DNA of 61,929 bases, filler included, from 8 parts of 8 records of this genome joined end to end with filler, not necessarily neighbours in it; one strand, 5' to 3'. Shown: positions 10,687 through 22,297, counted from the first letter of the whole stretch. Made by a program: numbers and translations. Notes: a model not told the origin generated them from the letters alone.

Positions 10687-13476
10687 ATGGTGTCCACCGA
10701 GCTACGCGAGGCTCTCGTCCACAACGGCGACGACTCCGGTTCACTCGAAGATCGCCCGCCGTCCCGGGCTGCGACCTGCCGGCGTGCCGGCTGGAAATGG
10801 GCGGCCGGGGCGTCCGGGTTGGTGGCTTGCGGGCTGCTGGTGGCGGTGGTGATCGTGGCCAACAACCAGGACAGCCCGAGCCCGAGTCCGTCATCGGGCC
10901 ACTTCAGCGGCCAGATGCTCATGCCGGAACCCGGGGTCGTGGATGCTGTAGTCCCTCCACCCGCTGGACGCGCTTCGGGGTCGGAGGCCAAGACTGGGTA
11001 CACGCAAGCCCCGCAGGTAGATCCGAAGACAAAGGGCTGGGCGGGCACAGATCTGACTAAGTCGGCGGTGATCAGAGCAATGATCTTCCCGCCCGGCTTT
11101 GATACAGAACGCATGGAGAAGATATTTGACGATATCACCGACCCGACGAGCTCCAAATGGCTGCAGTTTCTCAGTAAAAAGCAGATCCAGGACCAACTTC
11201 CAGAAACAGGGCGATGCCTAGACGACCTGTGGGCCTGGCTCGAGAGCAACTTTGCGGATATCGACATCGATAAGAAAAAGCATACGCTGCACATTGAGGT
11301 CACCGCCGCGACCGAGGCGATTGGGAAAGTCTTCGGCATCAACTTTCAAAATTTCAGTCACCCCCAACATCCGGATTCTATTGTCAGGACAACTGACACG
11401 ATCAGATTGCCTCCCGAAATCGAGTCTTGCGTTGATCACATACTCGGTCTTCAGGAGCTGCCTCAAATTTCCCACAGTACGAGCGGCGGATCACAAGCAC
11501 CACCACCTGCATCCCAGTCTACAGAAAAGCGAAGGAGCCCACCGTCGCGAGGCACCAGGAGAGTGTCGTCGGCTAGCAATCTGGCACCAAGGATGTGTTA
11601 TGATATACATGGTCATCACACGCACAACTGCACTATGAGCCAGACCTGTGGAAGTACATTACAGGGCGAAGACGCCTGCTGTCCAGTTGGCTTGACCCTG
11701 ATTGGAGGAACATGCATGAACTCAGCTGACGACGTAGACAGAACCAGCATCTTGAATGGAGATTTCATCCGCTCATATTATAACTTGGCCTCTGGTGCTC
11801 GTGTACCTGCAGAAAACAACTACGGGCTGGGCCAGGGAACTCTGGAGAACTCAAATGACTACACCCCGGAGGCACTGCGTGCGTATCTCGATGTGGTTGG
11901 ACTGCCAGACGCTGATGTTAAGCTGCAAGGCAGTTGGAACCACAAGGTCAACTCAGAGGCCAACCTTGACATACAATGCCTCCTTTCTACTGGAGCTGGC
12001 GCTAAAACGTATTTCATGAATCCGTTCGTGTTCAGCCCGGATGTTCCTTCGCTGCATAACGCCATTATTGGCGCGTATGACTGGTTAGAAGATCCACTGC
12101 AACTTCAAGTCATTGCCACCAGCTACACTGTGCACGAGAACATCGCCCATCCCAGTGCCACCGGCTACGCTGTGAACACCGCCCATCCCAAACATGAAGA
12201 GTTCGCAAACCGTGCGCTGCTCCTCATGGCACTGCGGGGCGTCGGGTTCTTCTCAGCTTCTGGAGATTCTGGTGCTAGCTCGGGTGCTGGGAACAATCCT
12301 ATCGACCTTGCAAGAACTGCAGAATGTGGTGGAGGTAAGAATTGTGCCATATCAACAAAATTCCTTCAGAATAATCAATGCGTCTCTTTCACGTTTTCCA
12401 TTCGAAACACATCAAACCTACAATCCTCTGCTGCCTGCAGCTATCCACAACTTCTAGACCGGCTAAACGATTGCTTGGACAACATGCTCCTTCCTTTCAA
12501 CGCCTCTTACAAGAGATCTCAGGAAGTCTCCTCCCTCGTGAATGATTATTTGAAATTCAACAATGGATGTACTGTTGAAGCGATCAACAATGGCGATCAG
12601 CAATACATGGGCTCCAATTGCAGCTGTGGTGCTCTTTATGATGTCAAAATACCGAATAAATATGAAATGCATGGCCACACCTATGACATGTACATTACTC
12701 CAGGTTACCAACAGACCCAATTCAAGAATTGGTTCGGGCAGAGTTCCGCAGCAACTTCCTTCGATCCGTTTTTTCCTTCAACAAGCCCTTATGTTACTGC
12801 AGTCGGGGGTACGCAGTTGACCTCTGCAAGAGACAATGGCTGCCGTTTCGGCGCTTGGGACAACTTCCCAACAAGATGCACCTCTGGAGAACGTGCAGTT
12901 AGTTATAACTCTCAAGGCGGTGTCACCTCTGGTGGTGGCTTTTCCACCATGTTTCGCCGTCCACGTTACCAGGAGACAGCAGTGAAGGGGTATCTTGACG
13001 GTAAGTCACTTGGCTTCTTACCACCACCTGAACTTTTCAACCACAGTAATCGTGGATTCCCAGATGTCTCGTTGTTCGGTGGTGGTGCCCTTTTCAACGT
13101 GGATAGCTCAATTCAACCAGCACTTGGATCAGGGACGTCATATGCTTCTCCCTGGTTCGCAGGCTTGATGACTCAGCTCAATTTTGAGCTTTCGTTGCGG
13201 TTTAACCGCACAGTGCATTTGGGCGCGCTTAACCCACTGCTGTATCATTTTGGTCGAAACAGCCCACAAGTGTACAATGATGTTGTCTTAGGCGATAATG
13301 CATGCACAGAAAGCTATTGCAGCACCTTTGGTTACCGGGCAACATCTGGTTGGGATCCTGTCACCGGGTTCGGATCAATCGACTTTCCGAAGTTCCGCGA
13401 TCAAGTGATCAATCTATTGGAGTGGCACCAATCTCAAGGGTCGAGCATCTTCAATTCCGAATACAGTAGCATTTGA
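10687..13476 (+). CDS. S53 sedolisin / tripeptidyl-peptidase I-like protease with N-terminal TM anchor and prodomain
   Basis: Pro-domain (DITDPTSSKWLQFLS), catalytic SEANLD, ASGDSG, GTSYASP, PSTSPYVTAVGGT, RGFPDVS, Ca site GWDPVTGFGS; intronless. Confidence 0.9.
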   Translation: MVSTELREALVHNGDDSGSLEDRPPSRAATCRRAGWKWAAGASGLVACGLLVAVVIVANNQDSPSPSPSSGHFSGQMLMPEPGVVDAVVPPPAGRASGSEAKTGYTQAPQVDPKTKGWAGTDLTKSAVIRAMIFPPGFDTERMEKIFDDITDPTSSKWLQFLSKKQIQDQLPETGRCLDDLWAWLESNFADIDIDKKKHTLHIEVTAATEAIGKVFGINFQNFSHPQHPDSIVRTTDTIRLPPEIESCVDHILGLQELPQISHSTSGGSQAPPPASQSTEKRRSPPSRGTRRVSSASNLAPRMCYDIHGHHTHNCTMSQTCGSTLQGEDACCPVGLTLIGGTCMNSADDVDRTSILNGDFIRSYYNLASGARVPAENNYGLGQGTLENSNDYTPEALRAYLDVVGLPDADVKLQGSWNHKVNSEANLDIQCLLSTGAGAKTYFMNPFVFSPDVPSLHNAIIGAYDWLEDPLQLQVIATSYTVHENIAHPSATGYAVNTAHPKHEEFANRALLLMALRGVGFFSASGDSGASSGAGNNPIDLARTAECGGGKNCAISTKFLQNNQCVSFTFSIRNTSNLQSSAACSYPQLLDRLNDCLDNMLLPFNASYKRSQEVSSLVNDYLKFNNGCTVEAINNGDQQYMGSNCSCGALYDVKIPNKYEMHGHTYDMYITPGYQQTQFKNWFGQSSAATSFDPFFPSTSPYVTAVGGTQLTSARDNGCRFGAWDNFPTRCTSGERAVSYNSQGGVTSGGGFSTMFRRPRYQETAVKGYLDGKSLGFLPPPELFNHSNRGFPDVSLFGGGALFNVDSSIQPALGSGTSYASPWFAGLMTQLNFELSLRFNRTVHLGALNPLLYHFGRNSPQVYNDVVLGDNACTESYCSTFGYRATSGWDPVTGFGSIDFPKFRDQVINLLEWHQSQGSSIFNSEYSSI

Positions 13477-13957
13477 CGGTGTAAATCGGAGTCTAGCAGC
13501 ACGACACACGCCAACACCCTCTCTTGGGGGATATGCGAATCATCCATGGGTGCTATGCAACCTCCCGTATTGCAATAGAGTACTACCAGTAGTACACGTG
13601 CTTAACGCGTGCTTACGGATCTTCTGCGCATGATTGTATGTTAAAGGTACCTCCGACCCCAAATGTCTTATGATGTGCGCTTGCCATAAACAGGATGCGA
13701 CTTTGGGTGTTCTTATCATACAATGTCATGAATAAAAAAGCTTTGATCTAGATCGGTTCGGCTAGGTAAATTGGTAACAGGATACAATCATGTAGGTAAA
13801 TAAATTATTGGTTACGCGACGTTCCACTGAATCCACTCATTACAATCATGTACATGTACATTGTTATGTATTAAAGATTCATTAAAAGATTCATGAGATA
13901 GCCGATTGCGGGGAGGATACATGTAAGATTCATGAGATTGTAATGAGATTGCACGTT

Positions 13958-16900
13958 TCAAGAACAAACGCCGTGAAATTCATACTGACCACCGCCGATG
14001 CGAACTAGGACAAGCCCCAGTTGCATGCCTGCGATGCCAGCGCTCTGAAGTGTCGCATCTCTTATGCCTAGACGAGGACGGAAGGTGCCGTTGTGCCACA
14101 CGGCAATACCACGCTCGTAAATGGTATTCGTGCGACACGAGAAGAGCACAGCCGCCTCTGTGTTCGGCGGAGTGCTCACATTTAGAGCTAAGCGCAAGCT
14201 GGCTGCATCGTACTTCCAAGATACAGCAATCAAGCCCCGCGGCGAGTACCAGTGGCCACTCGCGGCAGGCAGGTCGGTGTGGTTGACTATGCGGGGCGCA
14301 ATGACAGGGCGAGAGAAGGCGGTTCCGTCGCCTTGATTCAGCCCAACCAGATCAGACTGCAGCCACTGCCCGATGCTCCCGAGAAAGTGATGGTTGTGTG
14401 AAGGACCTGCGCCCTGTTCTCGGGGGCTGCTCCCCACCCCAGCACGCCGCACGGGGAAAGTTTGATTGCCTGACCAGTTCTCCCAAAGGGTCGTGGCCCC
14501 TTGGTTGACCTGGTAACCATACGACGGGCAGCTCGTCTGTATCGCCATTTCCAGTGCTAGGTCGGCCCTCCCGAGGCCTGACAGTGCTGGCCACACGTAC
14601 TTGGTCCCGACAAGGCCGGTAGTCACGTGCTGCCCAGCCTCCGCAAGCTTCTGCAGCAGCGTTTGCTCCACATCTTGCCGATGTTCAGGCGGCACTGGCA
14701 CCCCTGCACGGCCCAGCATCGCCGCTTGCTCTGCTTGCCCCCCAGGCTGCCCCGGTGTGGCGTACCTGAAGCGGCCAGCCTTCTCATCCTGGGTCAAGTA
14801 GACCTGATGGAATGATTCCCACAACTTCGTGGCCATCGCGCCGTATTTGCTGGCATCGTCGAGTTTACCGAGCAGCTGCGCCATCTGCGAGAGCAGGCCG
14901 ACATCCACGATATAGTGATAACTCGATAAAATAGGGCCTGATTCTGACTCCTCGCTGCTGATGGGCTGATACTCCATCCAGTCCCCATTCATGTAGTACC
15001 AAGGCAGCTCTGGATGTCCCGGAGCGTGTGTCATGTCGCTGGTGGGCGGCCTGCATGCCGAGCACCGCCTAGGAGTGGGCAAATAATCAACAAACCGCTT
15101 CATCGAGTCATAGCGCGCCCGAATCAAGCCAGCATCCCCAGAGTACTTGTACACCAGCATGGCGATTTGCAGGTAGCTTGTGGGCCAAGTGAGGTCGACC
15201 GGCGGCGTGTGCTTGGCAAAGGGGATAGTTGAAGAGAGCGCGCCGTGGTCGCTCCCTCCAGGACAGCCAGGTTTGCCAGGGCACTGGGCATCTTCGTAGT
15301 CCTGCAGCCATTTGGCGTAAAAACTGGTCATGTCCAAGTTTCTCACGGCCGTCTCAGCCGTCGCTTGAGAGTCACCTGTCCTCCCCCGTCGCGCCGGGTG
15401 CACAATCAAATTAAGACTTGCCTGTCCAGCCGACACGCTCCCTAGTAGGGCAATCTGACTCAACGGAGTGCATGTTGCTCAGCAGCGACCGCACAATGTT
15501 CTCGTTGATCTGATTCAAAATAGCAGCCGGGCCGGTGTCCGGGAACTTCAATTCGGCTATCCGCCTGTTGTCTGAATGAACCACAGTCGCTATGATCGAG
15601 CTGAGAGTCGGCGGGGCACCCTCGCTCGGCCACCCAGTGAGTTCCACAAACTGAAAGCCGTGGTAACTGAACACAGCACCGTAGCTCTCTCGCCCCCCCC
15701 GGAGGGTGTAGGTATCCACAGCACCTCCCCACGCATAAAAGGCAGACCCAGTGTCGCAACCCACAAGACAGACCGTGCCGTTAGGGAGCCGCATTTGTTC
15801 GGCGTGCGCGAGCTGTAGAACAGTGCCGGCCGGCAGTTGCACGTCATTGAGCTCCGCCCAGCCCACATTGTTGTCCGCAAACCAGAAGACGTACGAGTCG
15901 TTTGATGGCTTGGTGATCTTGATTGGGTATCTGGTGCCTGTTCGGCGGATGGGAGTGAACACATGTGGTCTCATCTGTCCGAACAAGGACGACGCATTGC
16001 GGACAGCCACTGTCGGCCCCCAGCCGCTTGCATTGAATCCAGGCCGAGAGAACCCGTCTGTCAACTTCCGAGCGTCAAAGCTGACTCCTTTGAATACATC
16101 ATCCGACACGAATGGGGACACAGCCGACTGCCACGTGTGAGGCTGGCTCGAGGCGAGAGTGAACACAGTCCCGTTGTCCAGTGTAACCCTACCCACCCCG
16201 CTGGCCCCGCAGCCCACCGGCCGGCCACCTCAGCAGCAGCCGCAGTCCGAGTGCTGGGACACACCCCGGTCGGTTGCACCAGGCGCGAGTCCAGCTGGAG
16301 TTATATTGGCCGTTGCCCAGCCACACCCCTATCGCATTCCTGCCCGTCGCCACAAGACCAGTCACGTCCTTGCACCTGTACAGAATCCGTTGCGACCAAG
16401 TTGTCCACGGTCCAAGCGCCTCGTCCGGTCCGACTTCGGCGCCGTTCAGCCAAAGCTTGCCATAGCCAATACCGACCCAGAACAGCGTGGCGTGCGCTAT
16501 CTTGCCGGCTGCACTCGAAGGGACATCGAACTCGGAGCGGAGCTGTGTCCGGTCTGCGCCGTTGATCCACTCGGCACCCAAGCTGTCCCAATCCGCCGGA
16601 TCGAGCGCGGTGCCAAAGTCGCTCCAGTCAGACGGCTGCAGCTCGTCACTGTCGCTCCCCTGAACCAGCACCCGCCAGCTGTATCGGCCGTCACTGGCCA
16701 GCCGGGCTTTGCCAGCGTAACGGACGAACAGCGTGGCGTTGCTGGCCACAAGCCCGCTGTCCCAGATCCCGGTGCCGTTGGCCTCCCGGAGTTGCAGCCG
16801 GTACGCCGCCTGGACGAGTCCCCGCTGCCCGGCGGTGGCCGTGAGCTGCCAGCTGAACCGAAGCTCAGCCCGGCTGTCCACGAAGCTCAGCCGCTGGTCC

Positions 16901-17001
16901 GGTGCCCCGTAGTCTACGCTGAGCTTCGTCGGCTGCAGTACCGCGGTAGCACGGGCCGCCATCAGGGCCACCATCACCCCGACTGCGCTCACTCGTGCCA
17001 T
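13958..17001 (-). CDS. Secreted GH78 alpha-L-rhamnosidase, multi-exon
   Basis: Signal peptide; IWDSGLVAS, FSYHGFQFVE, SDCPTRERVGWTGD (joined across GC-AG intron 15376-15421), GATTLWENW, SHNHHFLG. Confidence 0.9.
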
Positions 17002-17057
17002 CGTCAGGCAACCAAGGCCCACAAGGTCCTCCGGGTCGTCTAACGGCATTCTGTGTC

Positions 17058-17612
17058 ATGATGGCAGGGGGTCCGGGACTGCTCGTCTGGCTCGCACTGT
17101 GCGCTGCGAGTGGCAGTGCGCAGTCCGAAGGGGAAGAGTGCGAGATGGAGGAGCACCGCGAGCTGGTCCGGCAATCTTATTTCAAAGCAGATCCGGGCTG
17201 GTCCACGATAGCTTTCTACGCGCTGCTCTGGCTGCTGGTGGCCGTCGACGTGGTCCTGATGCTCCGAGCCCGGCCAACCGAGGAGCAGCGGGGCGATCTG
17301 AGGATGCTGCCGGTGATGCCCAGCCTGTGGGCCCGGCTGGGGATCCACCTGCGCCGGGCGAGGAAGCAGATGATTGGAGTGCACGCCATGGCCGGACTGA
17401 TCACAATCGCCATCCTGTACTCGGCGGTTGAAGAGCATGTCGATGTTGTTGACACCTCGGGCACCGATGATGAAGCAAAGTCTGATGATGAAGCGAAGAC
17501 CGACCTAGAAGCGAAGACCGACCTAGACAAGGTATCAAATAATTTGGAACTTCATGTCAAGCTGGAGCACCAGTCGCCCAGCTCGCCTGATGATGGAATC
17601 ACCGTCATATAG
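17058..17612 (+). CDS. Hypothetical membrane protein
   Basis: Signal peptide, two hydrophobic segments, acidic C-terminus with an 18-bp tandem repeat (DDEAKS/TDLEAK). Confidence 0.5.
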   Translation: MMAGGPGLLVWLALCAASGSAQSEGEECEMEEHRELVRQSYFKADPGWSTIAFYALLWLLVAVDVVLMLRARPTEEQRGDLRMLPVMPSLWARLGIHLRRARKQMIGVHAMAGLITIAILYSAVEEHVDVVDTSGTDDEAKSDDEAKTDLEAKTDLDKVSNNLELHVKLEHQSPSSPDDGITVI

Positions 17613-17845
17613 AAGCGACGAGGTACGCATAATGTAAAATGTCAATTAAACGCACTTTAAAATGTTGGATTCAAAATGAATTACGAGTATATACTCGTAG
17701 TAGTACTCGTAAAGCTATATGTTTATATACACAGTGAGCTATGAGAGGGTACTTTAAGTTCTTGAGCATCGGAGGCAATGACTTAGACATTGCTCATGAT
17801 TGATTGACAGTGTGATAGCTTGCTTGCACGTCCCTCTGCACGCAG

Positions 17846-18940
17846 TTATCCAAACAGCCGCCACAGCTGGTTCATCACTCGAGACGGCCGGAGCGCGCGC
17901 GAGTGCTTTGCCCCGTCTTCCCACTCCTCCTCAGACCATCCGACCTGCTCCAGAGCCATTAGATGCTGCTCATACCCAATCTGGTGGTGCTTCCGGAACC
18001 GGCGCACCTCGCGCTTCTCCTCGGGCGGCACCCGGCCATCGGCGGTCACAACCTGGATGACCTCCTGGTAGTACTTGTTCCCAACTTGCGCGCTCCCAGC
18101 TCTGAGTTTGTTCACCAGAGCGAGCGAGAACGCCGTGGTGGCCTGGAGAGCCAACACCTGATCCCGTCGCAGCACCTCCCGGAGCGCCCCCGACTCCCAC
18201 TCGAACACACAGCTCGGCTCGACCGCGGTGGCGCTCACTAGCGCCATCTCTTCCTGCTCTATTGCTGGCACCTCCAGGAAGCTGGCCTCACCAACAAACG
18301 CACCAGGCTCGCCTCCGACCAGCTGCCAGGCGACAGAGTGCCCAGACATCTTGACCGCAACCCTGCCCGAGTGGACCAGCATCACTCGGTTGAGCGGGGC
18401 CCCCTCGGCGCACAGGACGTGCCCGGCCGGAACGTGACGCCAGCGCCCGCGCTGGATAAGCTGATGGAACTGCCGGGGCGAAACCTCGTGCGGCATGAAC
18501 TGCTGCTCGTACATTTCTAGCTCGCACTGGGAGAACTCCCACTCGCCCTCGTGCAGCAGCATCAGCAGCATGGCGCAGTTGGCTCCGACGAATACCCCGC
18601 CCCAGGCCACATTCGGCCACACCGGCGGTTGTCGGCTCAGGTTGAACAGGATGCCCAGGAAGGATCCGGAGGCGCAGAGCGCGCGCAGCAGCTTTTGATC
18701 GGACATCAGGTACCCGGAGAGCAGCAGCAGGTTGCCCATTCCTAGTACGAGCACACCGCGCGCCCGGAGCAGCACCACTGCGGACCGCCGCACTTGGGTG
18801 GCCCGCCTCTTGGCCGCGGCTAGTGTCCACCGGCTGGCCGCAGTGCCGCAGTACCGCGCCCCCCGCCAGCCCGGCCGGGCGCAGGCGGGCCGGGCCAAAC
18901 CCGCCGGACCGGAGCACAGCATCCGCCGCAGACGCATCAT
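17846..18940 (-). CDS. Popeye-like / cyclic-nucleotide-binding domain membrane protein with Arg-rich transit-peptide-like N-terminus
   Basis: Three TM helices (YLMSDQKLLR...VWPNVAWGGVFVGAN), 'ELEMYEQQF...SPRQF' linker, cNMP fold (LVHSGRVAV...FVGEASFL). Confidence 0.75.
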   Translation of the reverse strand: MMRLRRMLCSGPAGLARPACARPGWRGARYCGTAASRWTLAAAKRRATQVRRSAVVLLRARGVLVLGMGNLLLLSGYLMSDQKLLRALCASGSFLGILFNLSRQPPVWPNVAWGGVFVGANCAMLLMLLHEGEWEFSQCELEMYEQQFMPHEVSPRQFHQLIQRGRWRHVPAGHVLCAEGAPLNRVMLVHSGRVAVKMSGHSVAWQLVGGEPGAFVGEASFLEVPAIEQEEMALVSATAVEPSCVFEWESGALREVLRRDQVLALQATTAFSLALVNKLRAGSAQVGNKYYQEVIQVVTADGRVPPEEKREVRRFRKHHQIGYEQHLMALEQVGWSEEEWEDGAKHSRALRPSRVMNQLWRLFG

Positions 18941-18998
18941 CGCCTGGCCACCGCCGCCCGATGACACTGCGGGTCCGCAGCTGGCGTTCAACGGCAAG

Positions 18999-19901
18999 AT
19001 GGCCTGGCGGCTGCTCTCAACAACAGCAGCGCTGCACCCGCGCCTGGCGGAGCTGCCGGACGGCCGGGTGCACTACGCGCCGACCCGGGCCGTGCGCCAG
19101 CCGTGCAGCCGGCCGCCGGTGGCGCTGATCGCTGGGACGGGCCAGACGATCCAGTCGTGGCTGGGGCACGCCCAAAGCCTGGCCGAGCGGACAGATGTGC
19201 TTCAGTACGACTGCCGGGGGCAGGGCCGGCTGACCAGCCTGCCACTCGACCGGTGCGACCTGCTCCAGCACGCCGAGGACTTTCAGCTGCTGGTGCGGGC
19301 CCTCAGGGCCAGCGGGGAGCTCCCGGAAGATAGGCGGTTGGATCTAGTCGGGTTCAGCTTCGGCGGCCGGGTGGCGGCGGCGGTGGCCGCGACCGCGCCG
19401 GAGCTGGTGCGGGCGGTGGTACTCACGGGTGTCCCGGCGGACCGAGGGGCGGTCGGGCGGACGGCGCTGCGAGGGTGGCGGAGGAGCTTGGCCGCAGGTG
19501 ACCTGGAGGCGTTTATGTGGCAGGCTGTGCTGGCTGGGCACTCGCGCCGGTTTCTGACGCGGCACGAGGGCAAGTTGGCCGGCTGGGTGGACTCTGCGGT
19601 GCGACAGAACCGGGCAGAGGCTGTGAGTGCGATAGTGAACGGCTCGCATTTCGAAGACCCGGCAGATCCTCAGCACAGCCTGGCGCTGGTGGCGCGTGCG
19701 GCGGGGCATGGGGTGTCTGGGCTGGTCATAGGCGGGGAGCTTGACGTGCTGGCGCCGCCAGATCAGGTGGAAGCGTTGGCCGCGCGAGTAGGCTGGCCGT
19801 GCACTATGATAGCGGGCGCCGGGCATTCGAGCTGCATAGAGGAGCCGCACAGGTGGCGAGCGGCCGTCTCTGACTTCCTGGACCAGCTCGACCAGCGCTG
19901 A
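18999..19901 (+). CDS. Alpha/beta-hydrolase
   Basis: YDCRGQG, nucleophile elbow GFSFGG, GGELD, GAGH. Confidence 0.85.
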   Translation: MAWRLLSTTAALHPRLAELPDGRVHYAPTRAVRQPCSRPPVALIAGTGQTIQSWLGHAQSLAERTDVLQYDCRGQGRLTSLPLDRCDLLQHAEDFQLLVRALRASGELPEDRRLDLVGFSFGGRVAAAVAATAPELVRAVVLTGVPADRGAVGRTALRGWRRSLAAGDLEAFMWQAVLAGHSRRFLTRHEGKLAGWVDSAVRQNRAEAVSAIVNGSHFEDPADPQHSLALVARAAGHGVSGLVIGGELDVLAPPDQVEALAARVGWPCTMIAGAGHSSCIEEPHRWRAAVSDFLDQLDQR

Positions 19902-19981
19902 CCTGTCTCTAAGGCATCTTCTATCTATTACAACTATTGTGATACTAAGCGTTAACAACGGAGCTACATCTAAACATACAG

Positions 19982-20245
19982 CTACACCTTGAGATCGCCG
20001 TCCGATCGGCGGACTGGCGCCTTGGACTTCCAGGGCTTGTAGTACCCGCAGTACTTGCACCCGCCAGTACCGGAGCGCGGCTTGCCGCACGCCTCGCATT
20101 CCTCCACCGCGGCCTGAGCCGCCCGGCGCTCCTCCTCCAGCTTCTCCTGCTCGGCGAGTCGCTTGGCGTGAAGCTCCAGCCGGGCCTGCTCCTTCCGGGC
20201 GCGCTCCTCCGCCAGCTCCTTCTCGGCAACCGTCTGGCCGCTCAT
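19982..20245 (-). CDS. Small coiled-coil + CxxC..CxxC zinc-ribbon protein (87 aa)
   Basis: MSGQTVAEKELAEERARKE...CEACGKPRSGTGGCKYCG; GC3-rich codons. Confidence 0.6.
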   Translation of the reverse strand: MSGQTVAEKELAEERARKEQARLELHAKRLAEQEKLEEERRAAQAAVEECEACGKPRSGTGGCKYCGYYKPWKSKAPVRRSDGDLKV

Positions 20246-20323
20246 CCCGCCCGGCTCTCCGCAGAGGATGCGCTCTGTCGGCTGGCAGGCTGCCTCCCCC
20301 AAAGTAACGGAAGGTGGGTCGGG

Positions 20324-21559
20324 ATGTTCCCGGTGCCTCGAGGGCCGAGGACCCGGGGCTGGGTTCGAGGCGGCCGGACCGGACCAGCTTGCCGCGGCTC
20401 CCCGCCGTCCTCTTCGCTCTGGTGGCTGCTGCTGTGCGCGGGGGCTGCGGCGGGGTGCGAGGTTCGGCCGGGTGAACCTATCCAGCCGGCGCTCGACCAG
20501 CTGGCCCGATCCGGGGGCGGGCTGTGTCAGCTGCTGCCCGGTGTCCACCCCGTGACAGCACCGATCGCTGTCCCCGCCAACACCGGGCTGCACGGGGCGG
20601 GCTCTGCCAACACAGTGCTCCGCTCGCGGATGGCCGACCCGGCCAGCATCGGCCGGCTGTGCAGCTGGTCAGGGGGGAACTGCGCCGTGATCACTGTCAA
20701 CAACCACTCGCGCGAGAACATCACTCTGGCCCAGTTCGCGATCGACGGCGGACTGACGCCCGCGCTGCGGCAGTGGGCTGGCGGCCATTGCGGCGGGTTT
20801 GGGATCGGGGTGTCGGACTGCCCGCCTTGCGAGCAGGTGGGCTACCCCGAGTGCAAATGGAACAACTTCGGGATACTTCTATGGGACTACCATGCGGGCG
20901 GCCCGGTGCGCAACGTGCTGATCGATAGCGTGCGGGTAGAGAACGCTTCGATGGGCTTGCATGTGCTGGGCGGCCAGAACGTGACAGTGCTGAACAGTGC
21001 GTTTGCGTGGAATGGAAATGGGAACGCGTTTTTCCACAACGCTTACTTCTTGAGGATGCAGCGCACCAGGCTGGTCGGGTGTGACTTCACAGACTCATCG
21101 GGGCATGGGCTCAAGATCACCGCCCAGAACGACACGCTGGTCCGAGACTGCTACATTGCGCGGAACAGCTGGCAGGGGATCTGGGTGGGGGGCGAGCAGG
21201 GCCAGCCAGCTAATTATGGGCTCACAATAGATAACTGCACAGTGGAGGCGAACGGCAAGAACGGGATTCAGCTGGGCGGGACTAACGGATTCGCTGTCCG
21301 CCGGTCTGTTGTGAGGTACCACGCAACGGTTCAGATGGCCGGGCTTGCGATCGACGGATCGACCGATGGAGTGGTGGAAGGCGGGCTGGTGAATGGCAAC
21401 GCAATCAACATTCTAGCTGAGAATGTGCGGAACGTGACGGTGTCGGGGGTGGGTTGCGATGTGGCCCTGTACGGCCAACCGACCTGTGTGGCCAAGACAA
21501 AGGGGTTCGGTATTGTGAATAGCAGCTGCAGGGCCATACAGGCGGCCAGTTGCGGATGA
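20324..21559 (+). CDS. Secreted right-handed parallel beta-helix (pectin-lyase-like) protein
   Basis: Hydrophobic leader; IQPALD..., LHGAGSANTVL, NITLAQFAIDG and repeated N-x-T-[VI]-x-N/D-[CS] coils. Confidence 0.75.
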   Translation: MFPVPRGPRTRGWVRGGRTGPACRGSPPSSSLWWLLLCAGAAAGCEVRPGEPIQPALDQLARSGGGLCQLLPGVHPVTAPIAVPANTGLHGAGSANTVLRSRMADPASIGRLCSWSGGNCAVITVNNHSRENITLAQFAIDGGLTPALRQWAGGHCGGFGIGVSDCPPCEQVGYPECKWNNFGILLWDYHAGGPVRNVLIDSVRVENASMGLHVLGGQNVTVLNSAFAWNGNGNAFFHNAYFLRMQRTRLVGCDFTDSSGHGLKITAQNDTLVRDCYIARNSWQGIWVGGEQGQPANYGLTIDNCTVEANGKNGIQLGGTNGFAVRRSVVRYHATVQMAGLAIDGSTDGVVEGGLVNGNAINILAENVRNVTVSGVGCDVALYGQPTCVAKTKGFGIVNSSCRAIQAASCG

Positions 21560-21801
21560 AGCTGATGAAGCCTACCTAAAGAACACCAAATTCCAAACAA
21601 GCAATACTTCAACATTGACCAACTAAATTACTTCATGCTCAAGTGTCCTCGTAACGACCGCCGTACGGCGTAGTCACTATACAATGTCGATGTGTCATGT
21701 TAGTTTCATGTACACGTTTGAAACTAGCATTAGGCAAATGCATGCGCGCGGCATTCATTTTAATGTAAACCGAGTAAGCTTATATATATAGCATTTCTTG
21801 T

Positions 21802-22133
21802 CTATTTCTTGTCCTCCTCGTCGACGCAGGGCTCCACTTTGACACGCTTGGCGCCGGTTGGTTGCCTCTCATCCGCCGGTGCTGGAGAAATAGAAAAGTC
21901 GAACCCGCCCGGCATCTGCTCCAACTTCTGCACCGCACAGGCTCATCCTGACTCGTCAGAAATGGCACACTCGCCTGCTGCCACTCGAACGGTAGCTGTG
22001 TGGTGCCCAGTGGGTCTTCGCCAACCTTGAGTGCCACCTCACTGTGATACGAGATGCGCTGTTTCCAGCAAAAATCGTAGAGCTCAGAATCCTCGGACCA
22101 GCTAGGCTCAAGCCGGCCGGGGTTGTCCAGCCG
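21802..22133 (-). CDS. 3' end of an unknown spliced gene (5' part lost at contig end)
   Basis: Open frame from the contig edge, GC-AG intron 21928-21974, last exon KLEQMPGG...AKRVKVEPCVDEEDKK*. Confidence 0.45.
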
Positions 22134-22233
22134 NNNNNNNNNNNNNNNNNNNNNNNNNNNNNNNNNNNNNNNNNNNNTTAATTAATTAANNNNNNNNNNN
22201 NNNNNNNNNNNNNNNNNNNNNNNNNNNNNNNNN
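22134..22233. other. Artificial contig linker
   Basis: 44 N + TTAATTAATTAA (six-frame stops) + 44 N. Confidence 0.99.
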
Positions 22234-22297
22234 TCAGGCGCCCTCCGAGAACTGCCAAGGCTGAAAAATACAGTAAATCTGAGTTCTGGAGAAAGCT

